Part shown: piece by piece, positions 42,859 to 54,350 of the stretch
How the letters are laid out: every line of letters starts with the position of its first letter
How positions within the stretch are numbered: position 1 is the stretch's first letter
From: Corallochytrium limacisporum Hawaii
Lineage: Eukaryota > Protista > Pluriformea
Assembly: GCA_002811645.1 (NCBI GenBank)
Contig: PDIP01000043.1
Coordinates: forward strand, 1-64,000
DNA: 64,000 nucleotides
Direction: 5' to 3'
Notes under the pieces: model-generated
The model's input: the letters and a program-made list of their open reading frames with translations, nothing else
Told to the model about the DNA's origin: nothing
Database searches by the model: none
Translations under genes and position numbers: made by a program

Positions 42859-44187
42859 TTAGAGATCAATAAGCAGCGTGAAGGGATCTTCAACAATCGC
42901 CTTGATCTTGCGGAGCGCCATGACAGCCTCGCGGCCGTCAATCAGTCGGTGATCGTAGGTCAGGCCGACGTACATCATTGGGCGCACAACCACCTCTTTG
43001 TTGATGGCAACGGGGCGGTCAAAGGTACCGGCCATACCGAGAATGGAGCTCTGGGGCGGGTTGATAATGGGCATAGTCATAAGACTTCCGTACACACCTC
43101 CGTTGGAGATAGTGAACGTGCCACCGGTCATATCTTCGATAGCCAAGTCTCCGTCACGAGCCTTGCGTCCGAGCTCTGCAATGCCCATTTCAATCTCTGC
43201 AAGGTTCATGGACTCACAATTACGCAGGACGGGTACAACCAGACCCTTCGGCGTACTCACAGCAACGCTGACATCAACGTAGTCCCTGTACACAATCTCG
43301 TTGCCATCAATGACGGCGTTCAGTACAGGCTGTTCCTTCAGGGCCTGTGCAGACGCCGCCACAAAGATGGACATAAACCCGAGCTTGATGCCGTACTTCT
43401 GCACAAACGCTTCCTGATGCTTCTTCCTTAGTGCCATGATACCACTCATGTCAATTTCATTGAAGGTGGTGAGCATCGCGTATGTGTTCTGGGCATCTTT
43501 CAGCCGCTCAGCCACCTTCATGCGCAAACGAGTCATCTTCACACGCCGTTCTTCCCGGGCGCCAGTCATGCCAGTGTCAGCAGGGGCAGCTGCCGGAGGG
43601 GCAGCAGGCTTGGGAGCCTCCTTTTTCGGGGCTGGCTTCTCGGCAGGCTTGGGAGCCTCAGCTTTAGGAGCCTCTGCCTTGGGTGGCTCTGCTGCTGGTG
43701 CCTCCTCCTGGGGGGCCTCTGCCGCCGGAGCCTCTTCCTTTGGTGCCTTTGCAGCTCCCTCAGAAGGTCCTTTTGCGGTATCAATCTTAGCAATTACCTG
43801 ATCGACCTGGATAGTATCACCCTCGGCAGCAAGATGTTCTGTAACAACGCCGCTGAAAGGGGCATTGATTTCAATATCGACCTTGTCGGTTTCTACCACC
43901 GCAAGGACATCATCGCCCGCAACGTACTCTCCCACTGCGACTTCCCATTTGCTCAACTCACCCTCGGTAATAGAGTCAGCCAAAGTAGGGACTTTGATGT
44001 CCTTAACCTCACGTAGGACACGGGTTGTAATGATGCCCCGAAACTGGTTGACTTGGGCACTTCTGAAGACAGTGCCAGTAGGCCGAGCGCGGCTCACGAA
44101 CTGCACACTAGATACAGGAGTCCGGATCGCTGCACTCTGCAGGACCTGACGGGCAAGACCCGTCGACCGTGCACCACAGCGCCACAT
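42859..44187 (-). CDS. DLST: Dihydrolipoamide succinyltransferase (E2 of 2-oxoglutarate dehydrogenase), mitochondrial
   Basis: Presequence, lipoyl domain ETDKV, Ala/Pro linker, AMLTTFNE, TYDHRLIDGREAV. Confidence 0.97.
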   Translation of the reverse strand: MWRCGARSTGLARQVLQSAAIRTPVSSVQFVSRARPTGTVFRSAQVNQFRGIITTRVLREVKDIKVPTLADSITEGELSKWEVAVGEYVAGDDVLAVVETDKVDIEINAPFSGVVTEHLAAEGDTIQVDQVIAKIDTAKGPSEGAAKAPKEEAPAAEAPQEEAPAAEPPKAEAPKAEAPKPAEKPAPKKEAPKPAAPPAAAPADTGMTGAREERRVKMTRLRMKVAERLKDAQNTYAMLTTFNEIDMSGIMALRKKHQEAFVQKYGIKLGFMSIFVAASAQALKEQPVLNAVIDGNEIVYRDYVDVSVAVSTPKGLVVPVLRNCESMNLAEIEMGIAELGRKARDGDLAIEDMTGGTFTISNGGVYGSLMTMPIINPPQSSILGMAGTFDRPVAINKEVVVRPMMYVGLTYDHRLIDGREAVMALRKIKAIVEDPFTLLIDL

Positions 44188-46100
44188 TTTCTGATGAGAT
44201 AATTAGTAGTGACGTAAAGTGGTCTCCCGACTTAAGACGTATGATGCATACATGGGCTGTATAATTCATGTGTTAGTTTTACCGACTCGGAAGTCCCTAA
44301 CACTTTGATGTAGCTGTAGGCTTGAGTGCTTTTCTTCTGTGGAAGAAACTAGAGCATATATTGGCTGTCTCTTGGGACGTATAGCGATTCGAAATGGCCG
44401 CAATAAAGGTAAAGTCCGCGCCCCAGCAGGCAGAAGAATGCGTGTTTTGCGTGTGCCTGTTGCCACTCGTCGAAACCTTTTGCTGATGCACTCCCATACC
44501 GTTCATGTGCAACAGACCAAGTGCCCAAGAAAGGATAACTTTCGTCGTTTCAGTACTAAAATTGCCATGACGTAGTGAGGGTCCTCCTCGGCCCCAATGC
44601 TGACTCGCGGGCCGTGTTTTCACCCACAGTGGAACTTCGTGTTGCTACTCTGCTCGCTGTTGTGAATCCGCCACATTTGCAATTGGGGGTGCGTGCTTTC
44701 CCGGGAAACGTTTTCCGATTGTTACCGGCAAAATATTGCCAATAGGACGCACCACGCTCCAACACTATGCCGGTGAGAGAGGGCCCTTTTTCTCAGTGGT
44801 TTTCCCTTGCGGTTGTTTATGCCACCCCCGCTCACTTACTACCCGAAACGAACCGCAGCGAAAAGCAGATAGATAAACAGGGACCGCACCTCGCTCGCCG
44901 TACTTTTACTATCCTCTGCCCATTGCGTACATAGTATAAACCAGAAGTCACCGTACACCATGGATCCCAGATGCAAACTACTGTATCTTCATTCGCCCAC
45001 GGCAACAGAATTGAGTCAACTCCATTCCTTCATACCATGCTCGCCACTACTACTCTGTACTACACGCGCACGATGACCGGCGAATGTAAGGCACAGAAAG
45101 GGCCCCAAGGACGCTGTGTATTCGCTTGCCCGTAACCTCTACAACATCATCTACAGCGCATGGATGCGTATCGCAATGATGAGTACACCATCCGCTCAAT
45201 GCAGGCTGACCAGGACCCTACAAGGTTTTGTAAAGCGGATGGGGTTGTGCTCGACCAACACTGGTACACCCATACAAAGTCTACAACCACGGCAGGTTAA
45301 CACAATCAGTTACACATCCTCTAGCGGGATTTGCCTAGAGGAAGTTTGCATCACTCTGCAGGTATAGGGTCGCCAACAGGAAACCCGAGCTCTTGCGTGA
45401 AGAATTTTTACCCACGCGCGGCAAAAGATGTTTTCTACACTGTAAAAAGTCTTCTTCGTTGATATCGAGAAGATGAATTGGTGTAATAAACATGGTATAT
45501 TTTATCACCCGTCCGAATGCAATGCTGTAACAGACTCCGCTACGGGACAGCCGCCCCCCGGGCGCCCCCGCGGGGGGGGGGGGGGGCAAACGTGACCCAC
45601 AGCACGGCTAAGCCCCGATCGGGGGACTCCGAGAAGAGAGCAATGAAAACATTGTAAGGGAAGAAAACTTGGCGAAGGGGAAGAAGAATTGGCCTAGAAC
45701 CAAAGGAAAAAAATATATGCTCGGGCCTACAAACGCAGAAGAAGATTAAAGGGACACACCAAAAGAAACCGGCTTCTGCACTCGGAACACGGGGAAGGCG
45801 GCTTCACGGTTTCATCCTCCCGCATCACCCCAGTAGCCCGTGTTGGACACCCTCACGGAGGAGACTGGCCTGCAGATTACCCGCTCATCCCCTTGGAAGA
45901 ACGAACGAGTGCGACAATGTGGGAAGACTTGAGCTTTGGCGTACTTGAGATGTGCACGCAAATTAAATTCAGTGAAGGCATCCCAGTTCACACGATCCTA
46001 GAATGAAACTGGAAAGGTGCAATGGACGAACCCCATAGTTTCCGATGGGCGAAGACATCTCATAGAGCAGCGCAACTAGGTAAAGGCCTACACACGAAGA

Positions 46101-47120
46101 ATGACATTCTGTCGGCTGCTTCTTCTGACTGATATTCAGTATGCAGATAAGGACGGTGAGAATGACCGCTACCGCACAGCCTGGCCACGATTGCAAACGA
46201 CCATAAACCAGTTCAATGATCTCGGAATCCAGGTCGACATGGCCATCCATCTCGGTGACATTATCGATGGATACGAACCCAAGTCTTCAGAGAACAAGGA
46301 TAGGGCACTACATGACATGAACAATGTCCTAGGACAGCTGGGTAATCTGAACTGCCCCCGACTGTTTCATGTCTTGGGCAACCATGACTTGTTGAATCTG
46401 GAACGCACCAGCATTTACGAGACATTATCCATTCCTTGTAAGAGCGACAGCCCAGCATACTATTCTGCGGGCCCACTGGCGAATGGTGTGCGTGTGATTA
46501 TCCTGGACACAATGCACCACAACGTACACGGTTGGCCCGTGGGTCACCCGAACTATATTGAAGCCCAGGCCTGGCTTGCTGAAAACCCTGAGGCTTCCCA
46601 CTCGTACGACTGGAACGGAGCGGTTGGAAAGGAACAGATAGACTGGCTCCGGAGAGAAATTGAGGAGTCCCAGTCCAAGGGCGAGTTGGTCATCGTCATG
46701 GGTCACATCCCACTCTTGGCACAGGCTGCTGATGAGAAGCATCTAGTTTACAACGGCCGTGAGGTAGCGGATCTGCTGGATGAATACTCGACTACGGTGC
46801 TGGCCTATTTTGCAGGTCACTACCACCTCTCCGGAAGCACTTTGCCACCCTGCCACAACGGGTCAGTGGCCAAGGGATCGGAACTGGACGGTAAGGTCCC
46901 CTGCCTGCATGAGCCGGTAGAAGTACTCAAAGAGAGACCCGCATCCGTACCGCACATTACGCTCAAGGGCCATTTGGACCTGGGCCCAGATACCTCGAAG
47001 TATGCCTTTGCGATCGTAGAGGTAAGTCAGGCCGGGATGCTAAATATCATGGGTCACGGCGAGCAGGCATCATACAAGGCCGTACCAGCGCCCAAAAAGG
47101 ACAAAGATCCACGTCTATGA
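46101..47120 (+). CDS. ADPRM: Mn2+-dependent ADP-ribose/CDP-alcohol diphosphatase-like metallophosphoesterase
   Basis: DIQYAD, LGDIIDG, LGNHD, WNGAVGKEQIDWL, GHIP, AGHYH motifs. Confidence 0.85.
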   Translation: MTFCRLLLLTDIQYADKDGENDRYRTAWPRLQTTINQFNDLGIQVDMAIHLGDIIDGYEPKSSENKDRALHDMNNVLGQLGNLNCPRLFHVLGNHDLLNLERTSIYETLSIPCKSDSPAYYSAGPLANGVRVIILDTMHHNVHGWPVGHPNYIEAQAWLAENPEASHSYDWNGAVGKEQIDWLRREIEESQSKGELVIVMGHIPLLAQAADEKHLVYNGREVADLLDEYSTTVLAYFAGHYHLSGSTLPPCHNGSVAKGSELDGKVPCLHEPVEVLKERPASVPHITLKGHLDLGPDTSKYAFAIVEVSQAGMLNIMGHGEQASYKAVPAPKKDKDPRL

Positions 47121-47373
47121 GATGAGTGGCAAGCGATTTTCCACAGTCTTTCGTTCACCCGGGCGGTGCGAGGCGATACATTGACGAGTAGAAGAATTAC
47201 AAAGACAATCACGAACATGATACTATGTTTCGAATGAAATTTTACTTTTCTTTTCCCCACATCATGGGGTATTGGCTGCTCCTGTCCCAAATAGAAATAG
47301 CAGGATCAGCCCTTGTTTTCTTTGTCGATATTTTTGGAAACTACATGGTACACGAAGAGTGAGGCGAGGAAAC

Positions 47374-48657
47374 CTAAGCATAGTACTGATGAGTGGACTT
47401 CTTTTTGGCGGTGACCTCCTGGATACCTTCCATGTAGTCCTCATGATCCAATTCCGTGGCTCCACGACGCAGAGCAATCATGCCTGCCTCCACACACACA
47501 GCCTTGAGCTGAGCACCGTTGAAGTCTTCCGTTGAACGTGCCAATTCCTCAAAGTTGACGTTGGCATTAACGTTCATCTTACGGCTGTGGATCTGCAGAA
47601 TACGAGCCCGGGCCTCCTCGTTCGGATGAGGGAACTCAATCTTACGATCGAGACGACCAGAGCGCAGCAGCGCAGGATCCAGGATATCAATACGGTTGGT
47701 GGCAGCAATGACCTTGATCCTGTCGTCGCTGGAGAAACCATCAAGCTGATTCAACAGTTCCAACATAGTACGCTGCACCTCACGATCACCAGCCTTCTCA
47801 GAATCGAAGCGCTTGGTACCAATGGCATCCAATTCGTCAATAAAAATGATAGTGGGTGCCTTCTCCTTGGCCAGAGCAAATGCATCACGCACAAGTTTTG
47901 CACCATCACCGATAAACATCTGCACGAGTTGCGGTCCAGCAAGCTTCAAGTACGTACTCTTGGTCTGTGCAGCACAGGCACGGGCCAGCAACGTCTTTCC
48001 GGTACCTGGGGGTCCGTACATGAGCACACCCTTTGGCGGCTTGATGCCCAGGGTATCGAAGCGGTCCTTGTGCTCGAACGGCAAGACAATGGCCTCAACC
48101 ATCTCTTGAATCTGTTTGTCTAGTCCACCAACGTCAGAATACTCCTCGGAAGGACGTTCGTCAACTTCCATGGCCTTGACACGACTATCATACTCTGCGG
48201 GAAGCATATCAAGAATTAAGTAGGAGTCCTTGTTAACACCAACCAGGTCGCCGGGAGTCATCTTTTCGGGCTCAACTAGACCGACCACCGGCAAGAAGAT
48301 AGTCTGGCGCGTACTCGTCTTAATCACAGCACACTTTCCTTTCCGCTGTGCATCAACATCAGCATTCGCACCATCTTCTTCACCCTCAGGCTCCAGATCG
48401 AGGAGTTCAACCACGTTACCAACCAGATACGGCAACTGCTTGTTGACTTTGATCTTTTCTTTGTTTTCTTTGATCTTTTCCCGCTGAGCACTAAGTTCGT
48501 GCTGAAGACGCTTCGTTTCATTTTGCATAACCTTAATTTCATTTTCCAGAAGCCGTGTCCGTGTCATGATCTCGTCTGTGTCCATGCGCTTGACTTCCTC
48601 GTCAATCTCCTCCTCGACATTGTTCCAAATCGACTTGTCCTCCAGTTCTGTGGCCAT
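47374..48657 (-). CDS. PSMC3: 26S proteasome regulatory ATPase Rpt5
   Basis: [33 protein letters not shown]-terminal HbYX motif YYA. Confidence 0.98.
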   Translation of the reverse strand: MATELEDKSIWNNVEEEIDEEVKRMDTDEIMTRTRLLENEIKVMQNETKRLQHELSAQREKIKENKEKIKVNKQLPYLVGNVVELLDLEPEGEEDGANADVDAQRKGKCAVIKTSTRQTIFLPVVGLVEPEKMTPGDLVGVNKDSYLILDMLPAEYDSRVKAMEVDERPSEEYSDVGGLDKQIQEMVEAIVLPFEHKDRFDTLGIKPPKGVLMYGPPGTGKTLLARACAAQTKSTYLKLAGPQLVQMFIGDGAKLVRDAFALAKEKAPTIIFIDELDAIGTKRFDSEKAGDREVQRTMLELLNQLDGFSSDDRIKVIAATNRIDILDPALLRSGRLDRKIEFPHPNEEARARILQIHSRKMNVNANVNFEELARSTEDFNGAQLKAVCVEAGMIALRRGATELDHEDYMEGIQEVTAKKKSTHQYYA

Positions 48658-49688
48658 GGTTGCAGTTGGCTACTTTGTGGCCGCTATGAAACTAAATTTA
48701 CGACTATTGGTTTCAAATTCAATGTCTGTTTGTTGTCCCACCAATACATACAACTCCAGAACAAATTCAAATACGAAGGATGCACACAACTTCGACCCAG
48801 AAGTTGTGCACTATGTCTGTCACATCATGCCATCCTGCCGATAGTCAGAGAAACAAAGTGAGTCTCTTAAATAGTGATCGTTCACGTAAACCAAAGGAAG
48901 GTTGAACACATAGTTCGAAAGGAGAACCGGAACTCGAAATCAAGTCGAACTGACACGCACAAATGGCACTGCGACTGTTCCACACAAACGCCAAACAGCC
49001 ATCCGGTCACACCGCAACGGACGGACCTCGGTCGTGGCCCCCCTCCCTCCCTCGCTGGCTCTCCCAAAGAAAAACAACGGAACGAGACCAGCTGGGCGTT
49101 GCAACCCAGTTTGACCGTTTTGGCTTTTTCTTGGCGCTGTGTTTTACCTGTGGGGGTTCGGCCCTCCGTTGCTTTTACAACTGTCGCAGTGAGACCATCC
49201 GTTGGCCCGTTCCTAATTTTCCGGCGCCATTTTCAATCAGCCCCTCTCTCACCTTGTTCCATTTTCTTTTCTTCCCAGTTTTTCCTTCGCGAACGGCTCC
49301 GGGAAGGAACCCTGGGGGGAAGGGCAGGGTGGTCGAGGCCCGGGTAGCTGGGTACTGAACACAGCGGAAATCGGGAGCAGCAGAGAGAGTGCCACAGCTT
49401 TGTGTCTGGTGGAGAAGAAGGGACGGGGGCTAGTAGAAAGCAGCGTCCGAACAGGGATAATTGGCAGTAGTCCGTATAACATGGACGCGGAAATACACTT
49501 CGACGGCCCACGAGACTGGAGTTTTCATCGTTTGTGGACAGTCTTTCAAACACTGGGAAGCAGATATATGAGAACATTGAGACAGTAACTATAGCTTTAA
49601 GGGAAAAACAAATGCATGAAAAGATTTGTAATGAGAAACGAAATATGCAAACATAAAGAACTATGTTCGTAGCAGCAATCCATCTGGT

Positions 49689-50873
49689 TCAGTAGTGATG
49701 TTGAGCAGATGTTTGCTGGACATTAGAGCGGCCTGCCTTGCGAGGAGGTTGCGATGATGTCTGCGAGGTCGCCGAGCTGCGTCGTCGATGACCATTGTGC
49801 ACATCATTATCTGATGCCCATGCTGGTTGATTTGTGCTGAAGCTTGGCTTTTTGCGATCGAAGTTAAAGGTCGGTGGTACATATTCGCAACCACACCCAC
49901 CACAACAGCCCGGTTCACTGGGAGCACTACTTGCTACGGAACTTCCGTAAGAAGGTGCTTTCTTGCGTGCACGTGATTCTGCTGTTGTCTTTGAACGCGA
50001 GTTGGTGCGGTACTGAGTGTCTGTTCGTTGCTGTGGAGCTCGAGAGGGTCCATTTTGCAGAAAGTAGTCTCCGGTCAGGCCAGCCTGCTGGCTGCCAGAG
50101 CCAAGTTGAGGCAATATCTCCTCTTTCCGACTGACTTCCACCCCATTCTCGTACCGCACAGTGGTCTTCTTGCCGCCTACAATTTCTGTTCGTTCCGTGA
50201 CGGTCTTTCCCCCCGAAGTGACGGTAGAGCTGGAGCTCGAGGCGAAGCTTCCACCGCCCATACCGTTCATGGCGCCGACATCGGTGAAGCCACCGATTGT
50301 ACCAAAGTTGCCGAAACCACTCATCATGCTACTGCCCATCATGCTACTGCCCATCATGCTACTGCCCATCATGCTACTGCCCATCATGCTATTGCCCATC
50401 ATGCCACCACCGCCGAAACTGCCCGTGAATAAGGGGTCGTTACCGAACATGTTGTCAAATAGGGACCCTGGCTGTGCCTGAGGCCTTGACTGTCTAGCCT
50501 GCGGGCGGTGAAAAGCATTGGTTCCGTACATGAAGGGATCGTTGCCAAAGATGCTCGCGAAGAGTTCCATAGGGTTGTGGAAATGGAATCCCTCGTGGTA
50601 AAATCCATCATCTTCCGCTTCGGCGCCACCTTTGCGAACTCCTTCCATACCGTAGCGATCGTACAGGGTACGCTTCTTCTCATCACTTAGCACTTCATAT
50701 GCCTCGCTCACCATACGAAACATAACCTCTGCACTTTCTTTGTCCATTGGATTCTTATCCGGATGCCACCGCAGAGCCTGTTTCTTGTAGGCTTTCTTCA
50801 CATCGTCAGCTGTTGAGCTCCTCGTGATCCCGAGGACGTCGTAGAAGTCGACATCATCATCTATTGCTGCCAT
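49689..50873 (-). CDS. Class B J-domain protein (DNAJB6/B2-like)
   Basis: J-domain with WHPDKN, G/F-rich region, Ser/Thr-rich beta region GKKTTVRYENG. Confidence 0.9.
   Translation of the reverse strand: MAAIDDDVDFYDVLGITRSSTADDVKKAYKKQALRWHPDKNPMDKESAEVMFRMVSEAYEVLSDEKKRTLYDRYGMEGVRKGGAEAEDDGFYHEGFHFHNPMELFASIFGNDPFMYGTNAFHRPQARQSRPQAQPGSLFDNMFGNDPLFTGSFGGGGMMGNSMMGSSMMGSSMMGSSMMGSSMMSGFGNFGTIGGFTDVGAMNGMGGGSFASSSSSTVTSGGKTVTERTEIVGGKKTTVRYENGVEVSRKEEILPQLGSGSQQAGLTGDYFLQNGPSRAPQQRTDTQYRTNSRSKTTAESRARKKAPSYGSSVASSAPSEPGCCGGCGCEYVPPTFNFDRKKPSFSTNQPAWASDNDVHNGHRRRSSATSQTSSQPPRKAGRSNVQQTSAQHHY
50322..50405 (-). repeat. 15-nt coding minisatellite (about 5.5 copies) encoding (GSSMM)n
   Basis: Tandem catcatgctactgcc on the + strand. 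Confidence 0.95.
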
Positions 50874-52085
50874 ACTGAACGCCTGTTACGTTTGTCTATT
50901 GTGATTCAGTTGTGCCTGTGTTTATTGTCAACTACGACTAAAACTGTGGGCATGTACACTCATTGATCTTCGCTCTCATTTTTGCGCACGAGTCTAAGAA
51001 TTAGACCATTCTGCTTACAGACTAATACATCCTGGTGCCTGGATCTTTAAGTACCCGCAAATACGTACCCTTATCATGCCATCAATACCATCCATCTCGA
51101 AGGCTCTGGACAGAACAGGAAAGTATGTCTCCAAAAGGAATGCAAAATAAGCAAAACAAAAGACTCAAAAACTTGGTATATTCCTTTGAAACGCCTGCAA
51201 CCCACTGTCTCCCTACATGCACATAAGGGGATCGACATGCCAATTTTTCGCCACAGAGAACAGTGTGCCGGCCGTCTGGTGACGCGCAACTGTTTGCCCA
51301 GTACAACAGAACCTCACAGTTTCCCCTGCTGCCAACGCACGGTCCAAATGAACGAGGCGCCCAGAGCCACCTTCGAGCCACCTCCGTTCCCCGGTTGACC
51401 TAGGAATGAGACCCACCCTTCGCAAAAAATCTCCCCAACCGTTCCGAACCGGTGCTTCGTTCAGTACGTTTAGTACCGAATTCGCTGTAGCCGGTTGTGG
51501 GGGCACTGGTCCTGCGTTCTGGAACATTCAAGAATTTGGGAAAGGCAGGCGAAAAAAAACTACGTTAGTACCCGTTCACATACCGCTCTCCTTCCTACAT
51601 TGGCTAAGAAGGCAACGACTGTGTATGGAAACTTTCCAAAAACTGCTGAGCGACGGAGACTTTTTTCCCGGCCCCTTACTTTTCGCCCACAGTTGCTGAC
51701 CGCTGTCCACTCCGTCCGTTCCCCTCTCCCATCCCGCTTGCCTCCGGGCCCGGGAGAGGCGAATCCCTGGACAGGAGGCCCACAGGGAGCATAGGTGGGA
51801 GGTGAAAACGGGAGTCTGAAGCGGGTTGTATTCTGCGAATAAACATGAATCAAGGTGCACAACTTAGTTTCTCGAGCGCCCGCCCCGGGTAAGTCCCAGT
51901 AGGGAAAGTGTTAGCACCGGTCTGTTTACTGACCGTGTACTGCGCACACAGTAGCGGCTTTGTTTTTCTGGGAGGGGCCAGCGAAGCACTCCGGCGGGCG
52001 GGAGAGGGTTGGGAAGGGGAACAAGTCGCGCGTTAGCCGAAGGCCCCACTACCCCACCGCGGGTCGCAGAAAAATTGCCCCCCCC

Positions 52086-52407
52086 NNNNNNNNNNNNNNN
52101 NNNNNNNNNNNNNNNNNNNNNNNNNNNNNNNNNNNNNNNNNNNNNNNNNNNNNNNNNNNNNNNNNNNNNNNNNNNNNNNNNNNNNNNNNNNNNNNNNNNN
52201 NNNNNNNNNNNNNNNNNNNNNNNNNNNNNNNNNNNNNNNNNNNNNNNNNNNNNNNNNNNNNNNNNNNNNNNNNNNNNNNNNNNNNNNNNNNNNNNNNNNN
52301 NNNNNNNNNNNNNNNNNNNNNNNNNNNNNNNNNNNNNNNNNNNNNNNNNNNNNNNNNNNNNNNNNNNNNNNNNNNNNNNNNNNNNNNNNNNNNNNNNNNN
52401 NNNNNNN
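52086..52407. other. Assembly gap between a C-run and a G-run
   Basis: Ns in the sequence. Confidence 0.99.
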
Positions 52408-53145
52408 GGGGGTGTACGTTTGCCGTTGGTATATATGAAAGTGGGCAAACGCCGGGTGCAGAATAAGCTGATGAGGAAGGAAATGGACAGGAGCGCGAGA
52501 GGAAGTACCCAATGCATGCGGTGGGCAGAGCGAAAACAAGTCTAGGAAAAGGCGGCGGGGAAACAGGAGAGACACGGTGGGCACGGAATCTGCTGATGTA
52601 TATAAGCTCGTGAATATTGGGACGTAGACCGCTTCGTGGGTAACGGTGTTCAAGCACTAGACTGTTACAAAGTCCAAGTGTCTGTTTCTGCGCAGTTTCT
52701 CCTTAATTCCCTGGAGTTCCCCGGGGCCGATCCATAGATCCCGTCTGATCTCATTTCTCATCTCTTCTACTGTTATGCAACGGTGTTAGGGGTCGGTGAC
52801 GCGATCGGACAGGTATGCTTTGTCACCCGATGTAGAGGCCCCCCCCGTGGGGTTCGAGGGTGGGGGTGCGTGTTCCGTCTGGTCAGCTGGTGGTACCTTT
52901 CTGCAGGTTTGAAACCTGTGCTGACCGGCAGTATCAGATGTTGTTTGCATCCTACTGGGACACTCATTCGTTCTTGTTATTTCCTACTAGTGTGTCTTGT
53001 TGCTGTGGAAAACCAGGGCCACCTAAGGCGGCCTCCGCGGATCGTAGCGGTATTTTTTACAGTTGGCAAGCACAACAGAATCGTAAAAGAATGCGTTTGT
53101 TCGCTGTCTTGCCGGGTCAACGTTAGGCACTGGGAAAGATCCACC

Positions 53146-54216
53146 ATGTCGCCTCACACCGATGTTCCACAGACCATGGAGACAAACAAAGGAACGGCCG
53201 AAGAGACTGTGAAGGAGGGTAATAAGGTCGTTCGTCAGCTGTTCAAATCCCAGAACGGCGAGCGAGTACACTGGACGTGCGACAAGGTCAACTATTTCGC
53301 TACAGAGGACACCAAACCATTCGACTATAGCAGGTGCAAATACCTGCACACGAAGCACCCTCGCAATGGCAAGGATGTCAAACTGCGTTATTTCCATCGC
53401 CCGGCTACGGAGATAGAACAGTTTCGTTTGATGCTGATAAGCGGTGCTGGTCAACCCGTTGAAGGATGGGCCGCCAATGTTCAGCATATGATAGAGAACT
53501 TCGGGGACCACGTAAGTTTTGTCGTCACGGAAAACCCAGGAACAATGGCATCCAGTTATGCGGATACTATGGACTGGACAGTCAATGATTATGCCAAGAA
53601 CCACCATGATCTAGCGTCGCATTTGGGATGGGATTCGTACCATTTCGCCGGTACCTCTATGGGTGGTATGATTGGTCTGCGCATTTTGGCAAACCCCGAG
53701 TGGCGCTCCCGGGTGATCACGGCGCATCTGGTCAACACGCATGCGGGTGGTGTTCGTGCCTTCCCCCCACTTCAGAGTTTTTTTGGTCTTGGGGGTCTGG
53801 TGGTTGGTCAGTTCATGGGCAACCCGAAGAATGCGATTTCTTCACTGATGTACTTGCTTTATAGTGACGACCTGCTGGCGAATCCGGAGCGCAAAAGTCG
53901 CCAGTTAGAGTCCATGACCAGCGGTGAGCCTCCGGAGGATTTTAATCCACTGGGTCAAGTTGGACAATACTTTGCTACCTTGCGTTACAGTGTGAGCAAC
54001 GAGGAACTGCAGGATATCCGTGAAAGTGGCATTCCTGTCAAGGTCTGCGTCCCGGGTAAAGATCTCCTTGTGCGTCCGTCGAACGGTCCGTACCTGCGCG
54101 AAGCGATCAACGCCCACTACGACTTCTACCCTCACGCGGCTCACGCCAGTCCGGAGGAGTGTCACCGTGAGTTCAACAGCCGTCTGGTAGCTTTCATGGG
54201 TCGCTATCAGGCCTGA
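53146..54216 (+). CDS. Alpha/beta hydrolase
   Basis: Nucleophile elbow GTSMGGMI, acid GKDLLV, His AAHA. ATG at 53146 has Kozak-like context ccaccATG. Confidence 0.87.
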   Translation: MSPHTDVPQTMETNKGTAEETVKEGNKVVRQLFKSQNGERVHWTCDKVNYFATEDTKPFDYSRCKYLHTKHPRNGKDVKLRYFHRPATEIEQFRLMLISGAGQPVEGWAANVQHMIENFGDHVSFVVTENPGTMASSYADTMDWTVNDYAKNHHDLASHLGWDSYHFAGTSMGGMIGLRILANPEWRSRVITAHLVNTHAGGVRAFPPLQSFFGLGGLVVGQFMGNPKNAISSLMYLLYSDDLLANPERKSRQLESMTSGEPPEDFNPLGQVGQYFATLRYSVSNEELQDIRESGIPVKVCVPGKDLLVRPSNGPYLREAINAHYDFYPHAAHASPEECHREFNSRLVAFMGRYQA

Positions 54217-54350
54217 AGCACCCAACGGATGAAACTTGATTGATGGCCTTGCCATTTTCCATATCCATCAGCATAGTCATATTCAAACATTTTCTAAGCA
54301 TACTTTACAAACATATAGTCAATAGATTAGACTTGAGCATTCCTCATTTC

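Noticed and set aside
50322-50405. CRISPR-like or mobile repeat
   Set aside because: Head-to-tail 15-mers without spacers, in frame inside the DnaJ gene.
52783-53145. N-terminal 121 aa of the hydrolase ORF
   Set aside because: Non-ATG start, non-protein-like composition, and it spans a C-run element; ATG 53146 has strong context.
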